From Rhodoferax sp. (GTDB lineage Bacteria > Pseudomonadota > Gammaproteobacteria > Burkholderiales > Burkholderiaceae_C), in NCBI GenBank assembly GCA_031360805.1, contig JANMCB010000451.1, positions 1 to 49,799 on the forward strand: DNA of 49,799 nucleotides. The letters run 5' to 3'. Shown here piece after piece: positions 20,192 through 30,111 of the stretch. Positions within the stretch are counted from its first letter, which is position 1. Every line of letters starts with the position of its first letter. The notes under the pieces are model-generated. The model worked only from the letters and a program-made list of their open reading frames with translations, was not told where the DNA came from and made no database searches. The position numbers and the translations under genes are program-made.

Positions 20192-21466
20192 TCAGCTTCC
20201 GCGGGTGATCGGCATCTCGACAGCTTTCGGGTTGGCCGCGTATTTGCCCAGCTCAAGCTTGGCGATGGCGTTGCGGTGCACTTCGTCCGGACCGTCTGCA
20301 AAGCGCAAGGTGCGTGCAGCCGTGAAGCTGTAGGCCAGCGGAAAGTCGTCGCACATGCCCGCGCCGCCGTGCACCTGCATGGCCCAGTCAATCACCTGGC
20401 AGGCCATGTTGGGGGCTACCACCTTGATCATGGCGATCTCGTTCTTGGCGACCTTGTTGCCGGCCAGGTCCATCAGCCAGGCGGCCTTGAGCGTCAGCAG
20501 CCGGGCCATGTCGATCTTGCAGCGAGCCTCGGCAATGCGCTCCTGGGTGACGGTTTGCGAGGCGACGGTTTTGCCAAAGGCCACGCGGCTGGATGCCCGC
20601 TTGCACATCAGTTCAAGGGCCCGTTCAGCCAGGCCAATCAGGCGCATGCAATGGTGAATGCGCCCTGGCCCAAGGCGCCCTTGGGCGATTTCGAAGCCGC
20701 GGCCTTCCCCCAGAAGAATGTTGCTGACCGGCACCGTGACGTTCTTGAACAGCACCTCCATGTGGCCATGTGGCGCGTCGTCATAGCCAAACACGGTGAG
20801 CGGGCGCACGATGGTCATGCCCGGCGTGTTCGCGGGCACCAGCACCATGCTCTGCTGCGAATGGCGCGGCGCTTGCGGGTCGGTTTTCCCCATCAGAATG
20901 TAGATGGCACAGCGCGGGTCGCCAGCGCCCGAGGTCCACCACTTGCGGCCGTTGATGACGTAGTTGTCACCACGGCGCTCAATGCTGGTTTCGATGTTGG
21001 TGGCGTCACTGGAAGCTACGTCCGGTTCGGTCATGGCGAAGGCGGAGCGGATCTTGCCTTCAAGCAAGGGTTTGAGCCAGCGCGCCTTGTTTTCATCTGA
21101 GCCATAGCGGGCAATGGTTTCCATGTTGCCCGTGTCTGGCGCGGAGCAGTTGAATACCTCGCTGGACCACAGCACGCGGCCCATGATTTCGGCCAAGGGC
21201 GCATATTCCTGATTGGTCAACCCGGCGCCGGTGTAGCCCGATGCAGCGGCACTGTCTACTGGCAGAAAGAGGTTCCAAAGGCCGGCGGCCTGCGCTTTGG
21301 TTTTGAGCCTTTCAATGGTTTCCAGCGGCGTCCAGCGTTTGCCGGCAGCCGTATTGGCGACGATCTCGGCATGGTAGGCAGCTTCAGACGGGTAGATGTA
21401 CTCGTCCATGAATGCCTGCAAGCGGGCTTGAAGCTGTTTTGTTTTGGGGGAAAAGTCAAAGTCCAT
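20192..21466 (-). CDS. Acyl-CoA dehydrogenase, FadE2/ACAD10-11-like subfamily
   Basis: 424 aa. N-terminus [28 protein letters not shown], then [16 protein letters not shown], and the catalytic region QVHGGAG...[10 protein letters not shown]. Confidence 0.92.
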   Translation of the reverse strand: MDFDFSPKTKQLQARLQAFMDEYIYPSEAAYHAEIVANTAAGKRWTPLETIERLKTKAQAAGLWNLFLPVDSAAASGYTGAGLTNQEYAPLAEIMGRVLWSSEVFNCSAPDTGNMETIARYGSDENKARWLKPLLEGKIRSAFAMTEPDVASSDATNIETSIERRGDNYVINGRKWWTSGAGDPRCAIYILMGKTDPQAPRHSQQSMVLVPANTPGMTIVRPLTVFGYDDAPHGHMEVLFKNVTVPVSNILLGEGRGFEIAQGRLGPGRIHHCMRLIGLAERALELMCKRASSRVAFGKTVASQTVTQERIAEARCKIDMARLLTLKAAWLMDLAGNKVAKNEIAMIKVVAPNMACQVIDWAMQVHGGAGMCDDFPLAYSFTAARTLRFADGPDEVHRNAIAKLELGKYAANPKAVEMPITRGS

Positions 21467-21551
21467 GGAAGTCTCCAGTTATTTCAATTCGAAAAAGTGT
21501 TGAGGTTGGGGTTTTAAAAATGTCAACCATTGATTCAGAAAGTCTGCTCGG

Positions 21552-22640
21552 TCATCCCGCGCGCTGGGCGAACTGCCACGCCAGCTCGGCCAGGGGCCTG
21601 GCACCCGCGCCGGAGCTCACGGCCTGCGCGCTGGACGCTGTACCGGCTTCAACCCGTTTGGCAATGCCCTGCAGAATCGCGGCGATTCGAAACATGTTGT
21701 AGGCCATGTAAAAGTTCCAGTCCTGTTCGAGCGCCTCAGGCGTTGTCAGGCGGGTGTGTTCACAGTAGCGGCGGATGTACTCTGCTTCCGAAGGAATACC
21801 AAGGCTGACGATATCAACGCCGCCGATGCCGCGGCCCAGTCCTTCAGGGATGTGCCAGGTCATGCAGTGATAGCTGAAATCAGCCAGCGGGTGGCCGAGC
21901 GTGGACAGCTCCCAATCCAGAACGGCAATCACCCGTGGTTCGGTCGGGTGGAACATCAAGTTGTCCAGGCGAAAATCACCGTGCACGATGCTCACCATCG
22001 ACTCATCCCGCGCCATGGCCGGCATGTGCTGTGGCAGCCAGTCCATCAGGCGGTCCATTTCCGGGATGGGCTGGGTGATGGATGCCCGGTACTGCTTGCT
22101 CCAGCGGCCAATCTGGCGCTCAAAGTAGTTGCCCGGTTTGCCAAAAGCGCTCAGTCCCTGGTCGGCAAACTTGACTGAATGCAGCGCGGCAATGACCCGG
22201 TTCATCTCAAAATAAATATCTGCCCGTCCTGCATTGCTGATGCCGGGCAGGGTCTGGTCCCACATCACGCGCCCCTGCATGAACTCCATGATGTAGAAGG
22301 CGCGGCCAATGACGGATTCGTCTTCGCACAGGCAATACATCTGCGGCACAGGAACCGCGGTTCCAGCCAGACCTTTCATGACTGCGAACTCGCGCTCCAC
22401 CGCATGTGCGGAGGGCAGCAGTTTCGCAACCGGGCCGGGCTTGGCCCGCATGACATAGCTTCGGGCGGGAGTTACCAGCTTGTAGGTCGGGTTGGATTGC
22501 CCGCCCTTGAACAGCTCAACCGTCAACGGGCCAGAAAAACCGTCAAGGTTTTTGTCCAGCCACAATGTGAGCGTGCCCACATCAAAGGCAAGTTTGTCTG
22601 AAACCGGGCGTGTGCCCACAAAGTGATCGTAATCTGCCAT
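21552..22640 (-). CDS. Phosphotransferase (APH/choline-kinase fold) family protein, ACAD10/11 kinase-domain-like
   Basis: 362 aa: FKGGQSNPTYKL, Brenner-like motif IVHGDFRLDNLMF, AVLDWELSTLGHPLADF. Confidence 0.88.
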   Translation of the reverse strand: MADYDHFVGTRPVSDKLAFDVGTLTLWLDKNLDGFSGPLTVELFKGGQSNPTYKLVTPARSYVMRAKPGPVAKLLPSAHAVEREFAVMKGLAGTAVPVPQMYCLCEDESVIGRAFYIMEFMQGRVMWDQTLPGISNAGRADIYFEMNRVIAALHSVKFADQGLSAFGKPGNYFERQIGRWSKQYRASITQPIPEMDRLMDWLPQHMPAMARDESMVSIVHGDFRLDNLMFHPTEPRVIAVLDWELSTLGHPLADFSYHCMTWHIPEGLGRGIGGVDIVSLGIPSEAEYIRRYCEHTRLTTPEALEQDWNFYMAYNMFRIAAILQGIAKRVEAGTASSAQAVSSGAGARPLAELAWQFAQRAG

Positions 22641-22685
22641 GGTGGTGAATTGAGTACTGGCTGGAGGGCTTGGTTTAGGGCTTGC

Positions 22686-23405
22686 TTAATTGTCTGACTC
22701 GATGATACGCATCAGGATTTCGCGGTTTCGCACCACCAGGCCACCGGGTTCGATCCGGATTGCGTCTTCACGCTCCATCGATTTGAGCTCCTGATTGACC
22801 CGCTGGCGCGACGCTCCGAGCAGTTGCGCCAGTTCTTCCTGGGCCAGTTGCAGGCTGATGCGCATTTCGCGCGCGTCGGACAGGCTTGGCACACCGTAAC
22901 TGCGCACCAGGTGAATCAGCTGCTTGGCCAGGCGTGCGCGCAAAGGCAGCGTGTTGAGGTCTTCCACGAGGCCAAAGAGTTGACGAATTCGCCTGGCATG
23001 CAGGCGCAACATGGCTTCGTACAGTTCTACGTGTGCGGAAAGAATCTTGCGGAAATCGGCCTTCGCCACACACAGGATGGTGCTGTCGCCGTGGGCATAG
23101 GCATCGTGGGTGCGCCGGTCGCCGTCGAAAATGGCCACATCGCCAAACCAGATGCCTGGTTCGACATAAGTCAGGGTGATCTGCTTGCCCGAGATCGAGG
23201 TCGAGCTCACTCGCACTGCACCGCGTGCGCACGCGATCCACTCTTCCGGAGGGTCGCCCCGGGCAGCAATCAGTTCTCCGTCGGTATAACGTTTGACGTA
23301 GGCACATCTCAGAATGTCGTGGCGCAGGGATGGGGAAAGTGTAGAAAACCAGCGACCGGAATTGATCGCCTCACGTTCGTCAATGGTAAGAATCGGATCG
23401 ATCAT
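22686..23405 (-). CDS. Crp/Fnr-family transcriptional regulator
   Basis: 239 aa. cNMP-binding beta-barrel (GD.PEEWI....G.VRV...SGK...L.Y.EPG.WFG) plus a C-terminal HTH (LQLAQEELAQLLGASRQRVNQELK). Confidence 0.88.
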   Translation of the reverse strand: MIDPILTIDEREAINSGRWFSTLSPSLRHDILRCAYVKRYTDGELIAARGDPPEEWIACARGAVRVSSTSISGKQITLTYVEPGIWFGDVAIFDGDRRTHDAYAHGDSTILCVAKADFRKILSAHVELYEAMLRLHARRIRQLFGLVEDLNTLPLRARLAKQLIHLVRSYGVPSLSDAREMRISLQLAQEELAQLLGASRQRVNQELKSMEREDAIRIEPGGLVVRNREILMRIIESDN

Positions 23406-23472
23406 GGACTGTCTTTTGGGTGACTGGTGGGGTGAGGAATGTCTCGGGCGGGACTTTGCGCCCGAGCTGGAA

Positions 23473-24993
23473 CTAATCTTCCTCGTGTAGCAAACTCAGG
23501 CCCAGCGCGCCGCGCCGACGCAGCCACGGGCTGGGGCGATACCGCGGGTCGCCATAGACGGTCTGCATGTTGAAAAGCACTTCAAGAATGCTCGAGGGGC
23601 CATACAGGTTGCCCATCGCCAGCGGACCCATCGGGTAACCCAGCCCGAGCTGGACTGCGGTTTCAAGATCTGCCGGTGAGCAAATGCCCTGTTGGCAAAT
23701 GTCGGCAGCAATATTGACGATGCACGAAACGACCCGCTGGCTGACAAAACCGGCACTGTCCCGAATCACACTCACTGCCTTGCCATCACGCGCCATCAAC
23801 GCGTGCGCTGCCTGGCGCATGTCGGCACGGGTCGCCGGGTTGGTTGCCAACACGCGGCGGCGAGTAGCGCTGTCACTGACCAGCATATCGATGCCAATCG
23901 TACGGGTTGGGTCCAGCCGGTCGACCACTGCGACGGTAGTGACGTCGAACCCCAGGGGCGCTACCAGTGCGAGCGCCTGTCCAGACGGCGAGGCACCCGT
24001 TTCTATCGTTGCGCCCAGGCTTTTCAGCACCGTGAGCAACTCAGTTCGCCGCGCCGCACGGGGCGAAACCCAAACCGGCGGCAGGTCGTCGACTCGGGGT
24101 GCCGCTGGTTCAGGTGGGGTTTGCTGGGTCCCTGTGATGTACTTGTAAAACCCTTCGCCGACCTTTTTCCCGACTTGACCGCCGGCCAGACGCTGGGCGG
24201 TAATCACGCTGGGGCGGTAGCGTGGCTCCTCGAAGTACTGGTGGTAGATGGATTCCATCACCGGATGGGAGACATCCAGCGCAGTCAGGTCCATCAGTTC
24301 AAATGGCCCGAGCTTGAAGCCGATCTGGTCTTTCAGTATGCGGTCGATCGTGGCGAAATCGGCCACGCCTTCATTCACGATACGCAGCGCCTCTGTGCTG
24401 TACCCACGCCCGGCGTGGTTCACGATGAAGCCCGGCGTGTCCTGTGCACGCACCGGCGTGTGACCCATCTGGCGGGCAAAGGCGCTCAAACGCTCGCAGG
24501 TGGGCGCGTCAGATTTCAGCCCGGCAATGACTTCGACCACTTTCATCAGTGGCACCGGGTTGAAAAAATGGAATCCCGCAAATCGGCCTGGATGTACCAT
24601 TTTTGCGGCGATAGCGGTGACTGACAGTGACGATGTGTTGCTCGCCAGGACCGTGTCTGGGCCAACCAGCTTTTCAAGCTCTGAAAACAGGCTGATTTTG
24701 GCGTCCAGCCGCTCGACGATTGCCTCAATCACAAGGTCGCAGCCAGCCAAACCACCCAAGGAATCAACACAAGTCAGGCGGGACTTGTACTGCCGTGCCG
24801 TTGAGTCCTCCAGCCGACCTTTTTCCACCAATTTGTCCCATTGGGCAAACACCGATGATTGAGCCGCCGCCGCTGCGCCGACCTGGGTGTCGAACAGGCT
24901 CACTGCGCTGCCCGCCTGCACTGCAATCTGGGCAATTCCACGCCCCATGGCGCCGGTTCCTACGATTCCCGTGGTTTGAAAAATGACTGTCAT
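23473..24993 (-). CDS. 3-hydroxyacyl-CoA dehydrogenase (long, ~506-aa form)
   Basis: N-terminal Rossmann fold IVGTGAMGRGIAQ, then NTSSLSV, HFFNPV, PGFIVNH, and a second C-terminal 3HCDH domain. ATG 24993 is preferred over 25095. Confidence 0.9.
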   Translation of the reverse strand: MTVIFQTTGIVGTGAMGRGIAQIAVQAGSAVSLFDTQVGAAAAAQSSVFAQWDKLVEKGRLEDSTARQYKSRLTCVDSLGGLAGCDLVIEAIVERLDAKISLFSELEKLVGPDTVLASNTSSLSVTAIAAKMVHPGRFAGFHFFNPVPLMKVVEVIAGLKSDAPTCERLSAFARQMGHTPVRAQDTPGFIVNHAGRGYSTEALRIVNEGVADFATIDRILKDQIGFKLGPFELMDLTALDVSHPVMESIYHQYFEEPRYRPSVITAQRLAGGQVGKKVGEGFYKYITGTQQTPPEPAAPRVDDLPPVWVSPRAARRTELLTVLKSLGATIETGASPSGQALALVAPLGFDVTTVAVVDRLDPTRTIGIDMLVSDSATRRRVLATNPATRADMRQAAHALMARDGKAVSVIRDSAGFVSQRVVSCIVNIAADICQQGICSPADLETAVQLGLGYPMGPLAMGNLYGPSSILEVLFNMQTVYGDPRYRPSPWLRRRGALGLSLLHEED

Positions 24994-25200
24994 GGCACGA
25001 TTATCATGGAGTAACTTCGGGGGCGGTAGTGGCAAATCAGGAAAGCCTGGCTTGGTTGCAACCAGCGTTTTGCGGGGATGGACGGAAGAATTCAATGCGC
25101 GAGCGCAGCCACCATGTTACAGATTTTGTACTTTGACCCGCCGAATTGGCTGTGTCGGGAAATTTTTAAGCGAGAATCAAGAAAATACCGGAATATCAAT

Positions 25201-27621
25201 GTGAAACTTCGTAACAAACTTCTAGGGTTGTTGATGCTTGTTGCGGCTGGGCACGGCGCAGCATTGACTCTTGGTCGTGTTCGGGGCGCGGCTGTTATCG
25301 GACAACCGCTTGATGTGTCCATTCAGATCCAGTTGAACGCTGACGAAAGCGCCGGCGCCCTGTGCCTTGACGCAGACGTTTTTCACGCCGATTCACGCCA
25401 GGACCCCGGACGGGTCAGGATTTCGGTCGATCCGGCCGCGCAAGGTCAGCTTGTCAATGCCCGGGTCACCTCTTCGGCTTACATTGATGAGCCGATGGTC
25501 ACAGTTTATGTTCGGGCTGGTTGCAGCCAGAAAAGCGCCAGGCGCTACGTCATGCTGGCAGACTTTCCGTCAGAACCGGCAGCGCCTGCCATCGCCCAAT
25601 CGCTTCCATTGGTGACGCCCGGCTTGACGGTACCGCCCGTCGTCGCCACTGAGGCGCCCGGCAACGTCAAGCAGCCAGCAGCATCCGGCGCAGCTGCAGC
25701 CGGGATTGCGAATTCAATGCCCCCAGCTGTTGCCACCAAACCGGCTGATGCAACGCCTCGGCCTGGGGCCGCTTCGGCAGTGAAGCCTGCGCCGCGTGTG
25801 GTTGCCGCCGCCAAACCAAAAATAGCGAAGCCGACCAAACCTGTACCGATCAAGGAAGTCCCGGTGCCCAAAGTTGCCAAATCGCCTGCAGCCGTCGCTG
25901 CGCCGGCTGCTTCAATTGCACCGCCTGTTACAGCGCCGGTCCAAGCCGCGGCGAGTTCTGAAACCGGGCAATCCCGATTGAAACTGGACCCGCTGGTCAT
26001 GCTGACAGAACGGGTTGCCAGCCTGGAAACTTCCACCTCGGCGCCCGTTGTTGATCTGGCGAAAGAGTCGCTCAGAATGCAGACGCTGGAAAACAGTGTG
26101 AAAGCATTGGTTGAAGTCGCGACCAAAAACGAGGCAAATTTGCAGGATATGCGGCTTCGCCTTCAAAAGGCAGAGACGGGCAACGTGCCGGTTCAGTGGC
26201 TGTATGGCCTTGTGGCACTGGTTTTGGCCTGTTTGGCCGCTATGGCCTACCTTTGGAGCAAACTTAAGGGCTTGACAGCAAACCCCGGCGCACGGAACGA
26301 TTGGTGGAGTGGGGCTGCTCCCGTTGCGCCCGTGCCCGTTGTTGGCCCGGCCACCCCGAATAAGGGCCAGGCGGAAGCGGCATCTCTAGTGCCTGAGACA
26401 CCGCCGCCGACGGTCGCATTACAGGGCGCAGGCGTCGAATCGCAGTATTCCAGCCTGACTGGGCTGGACGACGATCCGGCCTCTGAGCTTGATGTGAGTT
26501 TGGTCGAGATGACCGAATCCAACTTTGACCGATTGATGCGTTCCGGCAAATCGCATAGTGCAGCCCGCAGGGGCCCGCTGCCGGTTGCGCCAGCAGTCAT
26601 TCCCTCCACCACGAAGATGCAGCCATTGTCTGCGCGCCCGGTCAACTCAGAGCAGTTGTTCGACGTGCGCCAGCAGGCAGACTTTTTCGTGTCGCTCGGC
26701 CAGACCGATCAGGCAGTGCAGATTCTCGAAAAGCAGATCAACGACCACGGGGAAACCAGTCCGCTGATCTATCTGGATTTGCTCCAGATTTTCCATTCAT
26801 TGAATCTGAAAACAGATTTCAGGCAGTTCCGTGAAGATTTCAATCTGCTGTTCAACGGACGGGTGTCGGAATTTTCTTCGTTTAAAGACGAGGGACGCAG
26901 TCTGGAGGAATACCCTCACGTGCTGGCCCACATTACCGCGCTCTGGGGCACGCGAAAGGCCCTGATGGTGATTGAGGCGTCGATCTTCCGCGATTCGCTG
27001 GATGATCGCAGCGCGCCCTTTGACCTGGCCGCATTTCGTGACTTGCTGCTGCTGCATGCCATTGCGCAAAGCTTTACCGTACGCGACGAAGTCACCTCTG
27101 ACCTTGCGCCTTTGCGTGCCAACATGGCGCCGTCCAGCAAAGGTGCCCGGCTGACTGCTGCGAGCGGGGGTATTTCTGGCAGCGCAGCGCTGGCCGCAGC
27201 ACCACTGTCAGTGCCCGGTGGCCTGTCCGAGGTGGACATTCCACTGAGCACTGGTGGCGCACTGCTGCCAGTGCCGGGTTTACCTAGTGTGACAGCCGTG
27301 TTGAACGCGCCGACATCAATGGCCGAAATTTCAACCGATATGGACCTGAACCTGGACTTGGACCTGGATCTGGACATTGATTTGTCGGCAATGGTGCCAC
27401 CGGCTGTCACCGCAAAAACTGGTGATGTTGAAATTTCTGAATTTTCCAAGTTGTTGCGGGCGCAGGCACCTTCGGAGGCGAATCCAGCGGCGCAGGTGCC
27501 ACCATCACCCGCAATGCCACCATCAGTGCCAGCATCGCGCGGCGCCGACCAGAACGACCTTCTCGATTTTGACTTGCCGTCCATAAGCGGCAAGCTCAAC
27601 ATCGTGAAGCCCAAGCGCTAA
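25201..27621 (+). CDS. FimV/HubP-like membrane protein with large low-complexity regions
   Basis: Signal peptide. N-terminal motif LTLGRVRGAAVIGQPLDVSIQIQL resembles the FimV N-terminal motif. Ala/Pro-rich linker, one central TM helix (WLYGLVALVLACLAAMAYLW), a TPR-like FFVSLGQTDQAVQILEKQI and an acidic (DL)n tract. The start (GTG 25201 or ATG 25234) is uncertain. Confidence 0.55.
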   Translation: MKLRNKLLGLLMLVAAGHGAALTLGRVRGAAVIGQPLDVSIQIQLNADESAGALCLDADVFHADSRQDPGRVRISVDPAAQGQLVNARVTSSAYIDEPMVTVYVRAGCSQKSARRYVMLADFPSEPAAPAIAQSLPLVTPGLTVPPVVATEAPGNVKQPAASGAAAAGIANSMPPAVATKPADATPRPGAASAVKPAPRVVAAAKPKIAKPTKPVPIKEVPVPKVAKSPAAVAAPAASIAPPVTAPVQAAASSETGQSRLKLDPLVMLTERVASLETSTSAPVVDLAKESLRMQTLENSVKALVEVATKNEANLQDMRLRLQKAETGNVPVQWLYGLVALVLACLAAMAYLWSKLKGLTANPGARNDWWSGAAPVAPVPVVGPATPNKGQAEAASLVPETPPPTVALQGAGVESQYSSLTGLDDDPASELDVSLVEMTESNFDRLMRSGKSHSAARRGPLPVAPAVIPSTTKMQPLSARPVNSEQLFDVRQQADFFVSLGQTDQAVQILEKQINDHGETSPLIYLDLLQIFHSLNLKTDFRQFREDFNLLFNGRVSEFSSFKDEGRSLEEYPHVLAHITALWGTRKALMVIEASIFRDSLDDRSAPFDLAAFRDLLLLHAIAQSFTVRDEVTSDLAPLRANMAPSSKGARLTAASGGISGSAALAAAPLSVPGGLSEVDIPLSTGGALLPVPGLPSVTAVLNAPTSMAEISTDMDLNLDLDLDLDIDLSAMVPPAVTAKTGDVEISEFSKLLRAQAPSEANPAAQVPPSPAMPPSVPASRGADQNDLLDFDLPSISGKLNIVKPKR

Positions 27622-27672
27622 GCTGATCAGGGCCGCAGTCTCAATCCCGGCTGAATGGCTCTTCAGGGACTC

Positions 27673-28680
27673 TTAACGCCGGACTTGCAGCGAACCGGGG
27701 TTGACGATATTGGTCGGTGTACCGTTGATGAAATTGATCACGTTGTCAAAAGCGTCACCAAAGTACATCTCGTAGCTATCCTGTTCGACATACCCGATGT
27801 GTGGCGTACAAATGCAGTTTTCCAGGCGCAACAGGGCGTGTCCCTGCAAGATGGGCTCGTTCTCAAACACATCAATCGCAGCCATGCCAGGGTGCCCGCG
27901 GTTCAGGGCGCCAATCAGGGCATCAGGCTCAATCAATTCTGCCCTTGACGTGTTCACGAGCAGCGCCGTGGCCTTCATCTGAGCCAAGTCGTCGTATTTG
28001 ACGATTGAATGGGTCGCCTCGTTCAGCCGCAAATGCAGCGTAAGAACGTCGCTGTGCTGAAACAACTCTTCGCGGGTGGAGCAGGTCAGGTAGCCGTCTG
28101 CTACAGCCTTTGCCCGCGAGGGTTCCCGACCCCAAATGACAACCGTCATGCCGAATGCTTTGCCATAGCCTGCGATCAACTGTCCGATTTTTCCGTAGCC
28201 CCAAATGCCGAGCGTCTTGCCTCTGAGGACAGTGCCGAGTCCGAAATTTGGCGGCATCGAGCCAGCTTTCAGCCCTGATTGCTGCCAGGCGCCGTGTTTG
28301 AGATTGCCTATGTATTGCGGCAAACGACGCATCGCCGCCATGATCAGCGCCCAAGTCAATTCCGCAGCCGCAACCGGCGAGCCCGCTCCGTCGGCAACGG
28401 CAACGCCCCGTTCTGTGCATGCCTGAACGTCAATGTGCGGACCTGCGCGACCGGTCTGGACAATCAGCTTGAGCTTGGGAAGCTTTTCGATCAAAGCCCG
28501 CGTAAAGTGCGTACGTTCCCGGATCAGCACGATCACGTCCGCATCTTTGAGACGAATTGAGAGCTGCCCAATGCCCTTGACCGTGTTGGTATACACCTTG
28601 GCAGCGAACGGTTCAAGTTTGGAAGCACAACGCAGTTTTCGCACAGCGTCTTGATAATCATCGAGGATCACAATATTCAT
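27673..28680 (-). CDS. D-isomer-specific 2-hydroxyacid dehydrogenase family protein
   Basis: NAD-binding LGIWGYGKIGQ, NTSRAELI, and the catalytic-His region CTPHIGY. ATG 28680 (MNIVILDDY). Confidence 0.88.
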   Translation of the reverse strand: MNIVILDDYQDAVRKLRCASKLEPFAAKVYTNTVKGIGQLSIRLKDADVIVLIRERTHFTRALIEKLPKLKLIVQTGRAGPHIDVQACTERGVAVADGAGSPVAAAELTWALIMAAMRRLPQYIGNLKHGAWQQSGLKAGSMPPNFGLGTVLRGKTLGIWGYGKIGQLIAGYGKAFGMTVVIWGREPSRAKAVADGYLTCSTREELFQHSDVLTLHLRLNEATHSIVKYDDLAQMKATALLVNTSRAELIEPDALIGALNRGHPGMAAIDVFENEPILQGHALLRLENCICTPHIGYVEQDSYEMYFGDAFDNVINFINGTPTNIVNPGSLQVRR

Positions 28681-28839
28681 GCGCGTATTGTGCCTTGGAG
28701 AACACTGCCGCCAGGGCCGCTCCAGCGTATTCAGCTTCTGCAAATGTGAACTGAGGTTACCTGCGTAAACGGTGGGCGGGCCAGACTTGGGCCAAGATGG
28801 TCAGACATTGTCTGGCCCCGTGCCAGCAGCGACAGCCGC

Positions 28840-29217
28840 CTAGTGCAACGCCTCTTCGCGCCGGACCAGCCGATCCAGTTCAGCGCAGACGTCGGCCATT
28901 CGGCCTGAGATCACCATGCGGCCCACGCTGGCTCGGGACTGACCCGCTTCAAGCATTCGGACAACACGTACCGCCGGGAGCGCCGTGCCAAGCGACCTCG
29001 GGGCGGTGCCAGCGGCAATACGCTTGGTGTTGCCCAGCTCTCTTGGGGCACGCTGCGCCGCCAGTTCATGCATTGCCGGTCCAATACGCGCCCGCGAACG
29101 CAAAAAAGCGGGCGGTGTGACCAACCGGTGCGCAGGTAAAGGCGAAGCTCCAAACCAGCGAAAAAATCCTTGCAGAGGCGCCAGAGTGGCGGGACTTGCA
29201 AACAATGCAAAACTCAT
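28840..29217 (-). CDS. Hypothetical small protein downstream of lexA
   Basis: 125-aa ORF with a good Shine-Dalgarno sequence (GAGAGGG, 6 nt before the ATG). The Arg/Ala-rich N-half looks weak; the C-half (VRMLEAGQSRASVGRMVISGRMADVCAELDRLV) looks protein-like. It competes with three overlapping ORFs. Confidence 0.35.
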   Translation of the reverse strand: MSFALFASPATLAPLQGFFRWFGASPLPAHRLVTPPAFLRSRARIGPAMHELAAQRAPRELGNTKRIAAGTAPRSLGTALPAVRVVRMLEAGQSRASVGRMVISGRMADVCAELDRLVRREEALH

Positions 29218-29240
29218 TTGAACCCTCTCAATTCGTTAGG

Positions 29241-29276
29241 AGCTGTCAGAACTGTCAGAACTGTCGAAACTACCCT
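29241..29276. repeat. Tandem 9-bp repeat (AACTGTCAG-like, about 3.5 units) between lexA and the small ORF
   Basis: agctgtcag/aactgtcag/aactgtcga/aactaccct, read directly. Confidence 0.85.
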
Positions 29277-29314
29277 TGGCCCGCGCTACCGTAGCAGGGC
29301 GTTGCAGTTCACAT

Positions 29315-29995
29315 TTACATCAACATGGTGTTGCGGATGAGCCCTACCGCCAGTCCCTCAATTTCAAAAGGTTCGCCGGGCTCCACCACGATCGTCTGAA
29401 AATCCGGGTTCTCCGGGTGTAACTCGATCAGGTGTTTGTTGCGCCGAAAGCGCTTGACGGTTACCTCGTCGCCGAGTCGCGCGACGACGATCTGGCCATT
29501 TTTAGCGTCTTTGGTAGCCTGGACAGCCAACAAGTCACCGTCCATGATGCCCGCGTCACGCATGGACATGCCGCGCACCTTGAGCAGGTAATCTGGCTTG
29601 CGTTGAAACAGACTGTTTTCAACGTAATAGGTCTGGTCTACATGCTCTTGGGCAAGAATCGGTGATCCGGCCGCCACCCGGCCTATCAGAGGCAAGGCAA
29701 ATTGCGCCAGGTTGGCCAGGGAAAACGATCCACCGCGTGATTCATTGATGTTGCGCAGCATGTCGCTTTTGAGCCGAATGCCGCGTGAGGTGCCGCTGAC
29801 CAGCTCGATGACGCCTTTGCGGGCCAAAGCCTGAAGATGCTCCTCAGCGGCATTGGCCGATTTAAACCCCAGCTCGGACGCGATCTCTGCCCGTGTGGGC
29901 GGCGCTCCGGTGCGTGCAATGGCGCTTTGAATCAGTTCAAAAATTTGTTGCTGGCGGGCGGTGAGCTTGACCGGGAAGCTGGACAAATCAATCAT
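29315..29995 (-). CDS. lexA: SOS repressor LexA
   Basis: 226 aa: [13 protein letters not shown]...[41 protein letters not shown], the Ala-Gly cleavage site region VAAGSP, and S24 peptidase motifs ([19 protein letters not shown]). Confidence 0.95.
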   Translation of the reverse strand: MIDLSSFPVKLTARQQQIFELIQSAIARTGAPPTRAEIASELGFKSANAAEEHLQALARKGVIELVSGTSRGIRLKSDMLRNINESRGGSFSLANLAQFALPLIGRVAAGSPILAQEHVDQTYYVENSLFQRKPDYLLKVRGMSMRDAGIMDGDLLAVQATKDAKNGQIVVARLGDEVTVKRFRRNKHLIELHPENPDFQTIVVEPGEPFEIEGLAVGLIRNTMLM

Positions 29996-30111
29996 GGTGA
30001 CTCCTGGTTGCTGGATAAACGAATTTCAATTTAACGAAGCGCAATTTGAAAAGGGCTGCAAATTCGGCAGAATGGGCAAGTACGAAAGTCAATGTCGGCA
30101 GCTTTGCAGGC

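Noticed and set aside
27346-27385. A GACCTG-type hexamer run, plus the other short tandem repeats in the window, considered as possible CRISPR or iteron arrays
   Set aside because: The run lies within the FimV-like coding sequence and encodes a (DL)n acidic tract. No repeat-spacer architecture occurs anywhere in the window.
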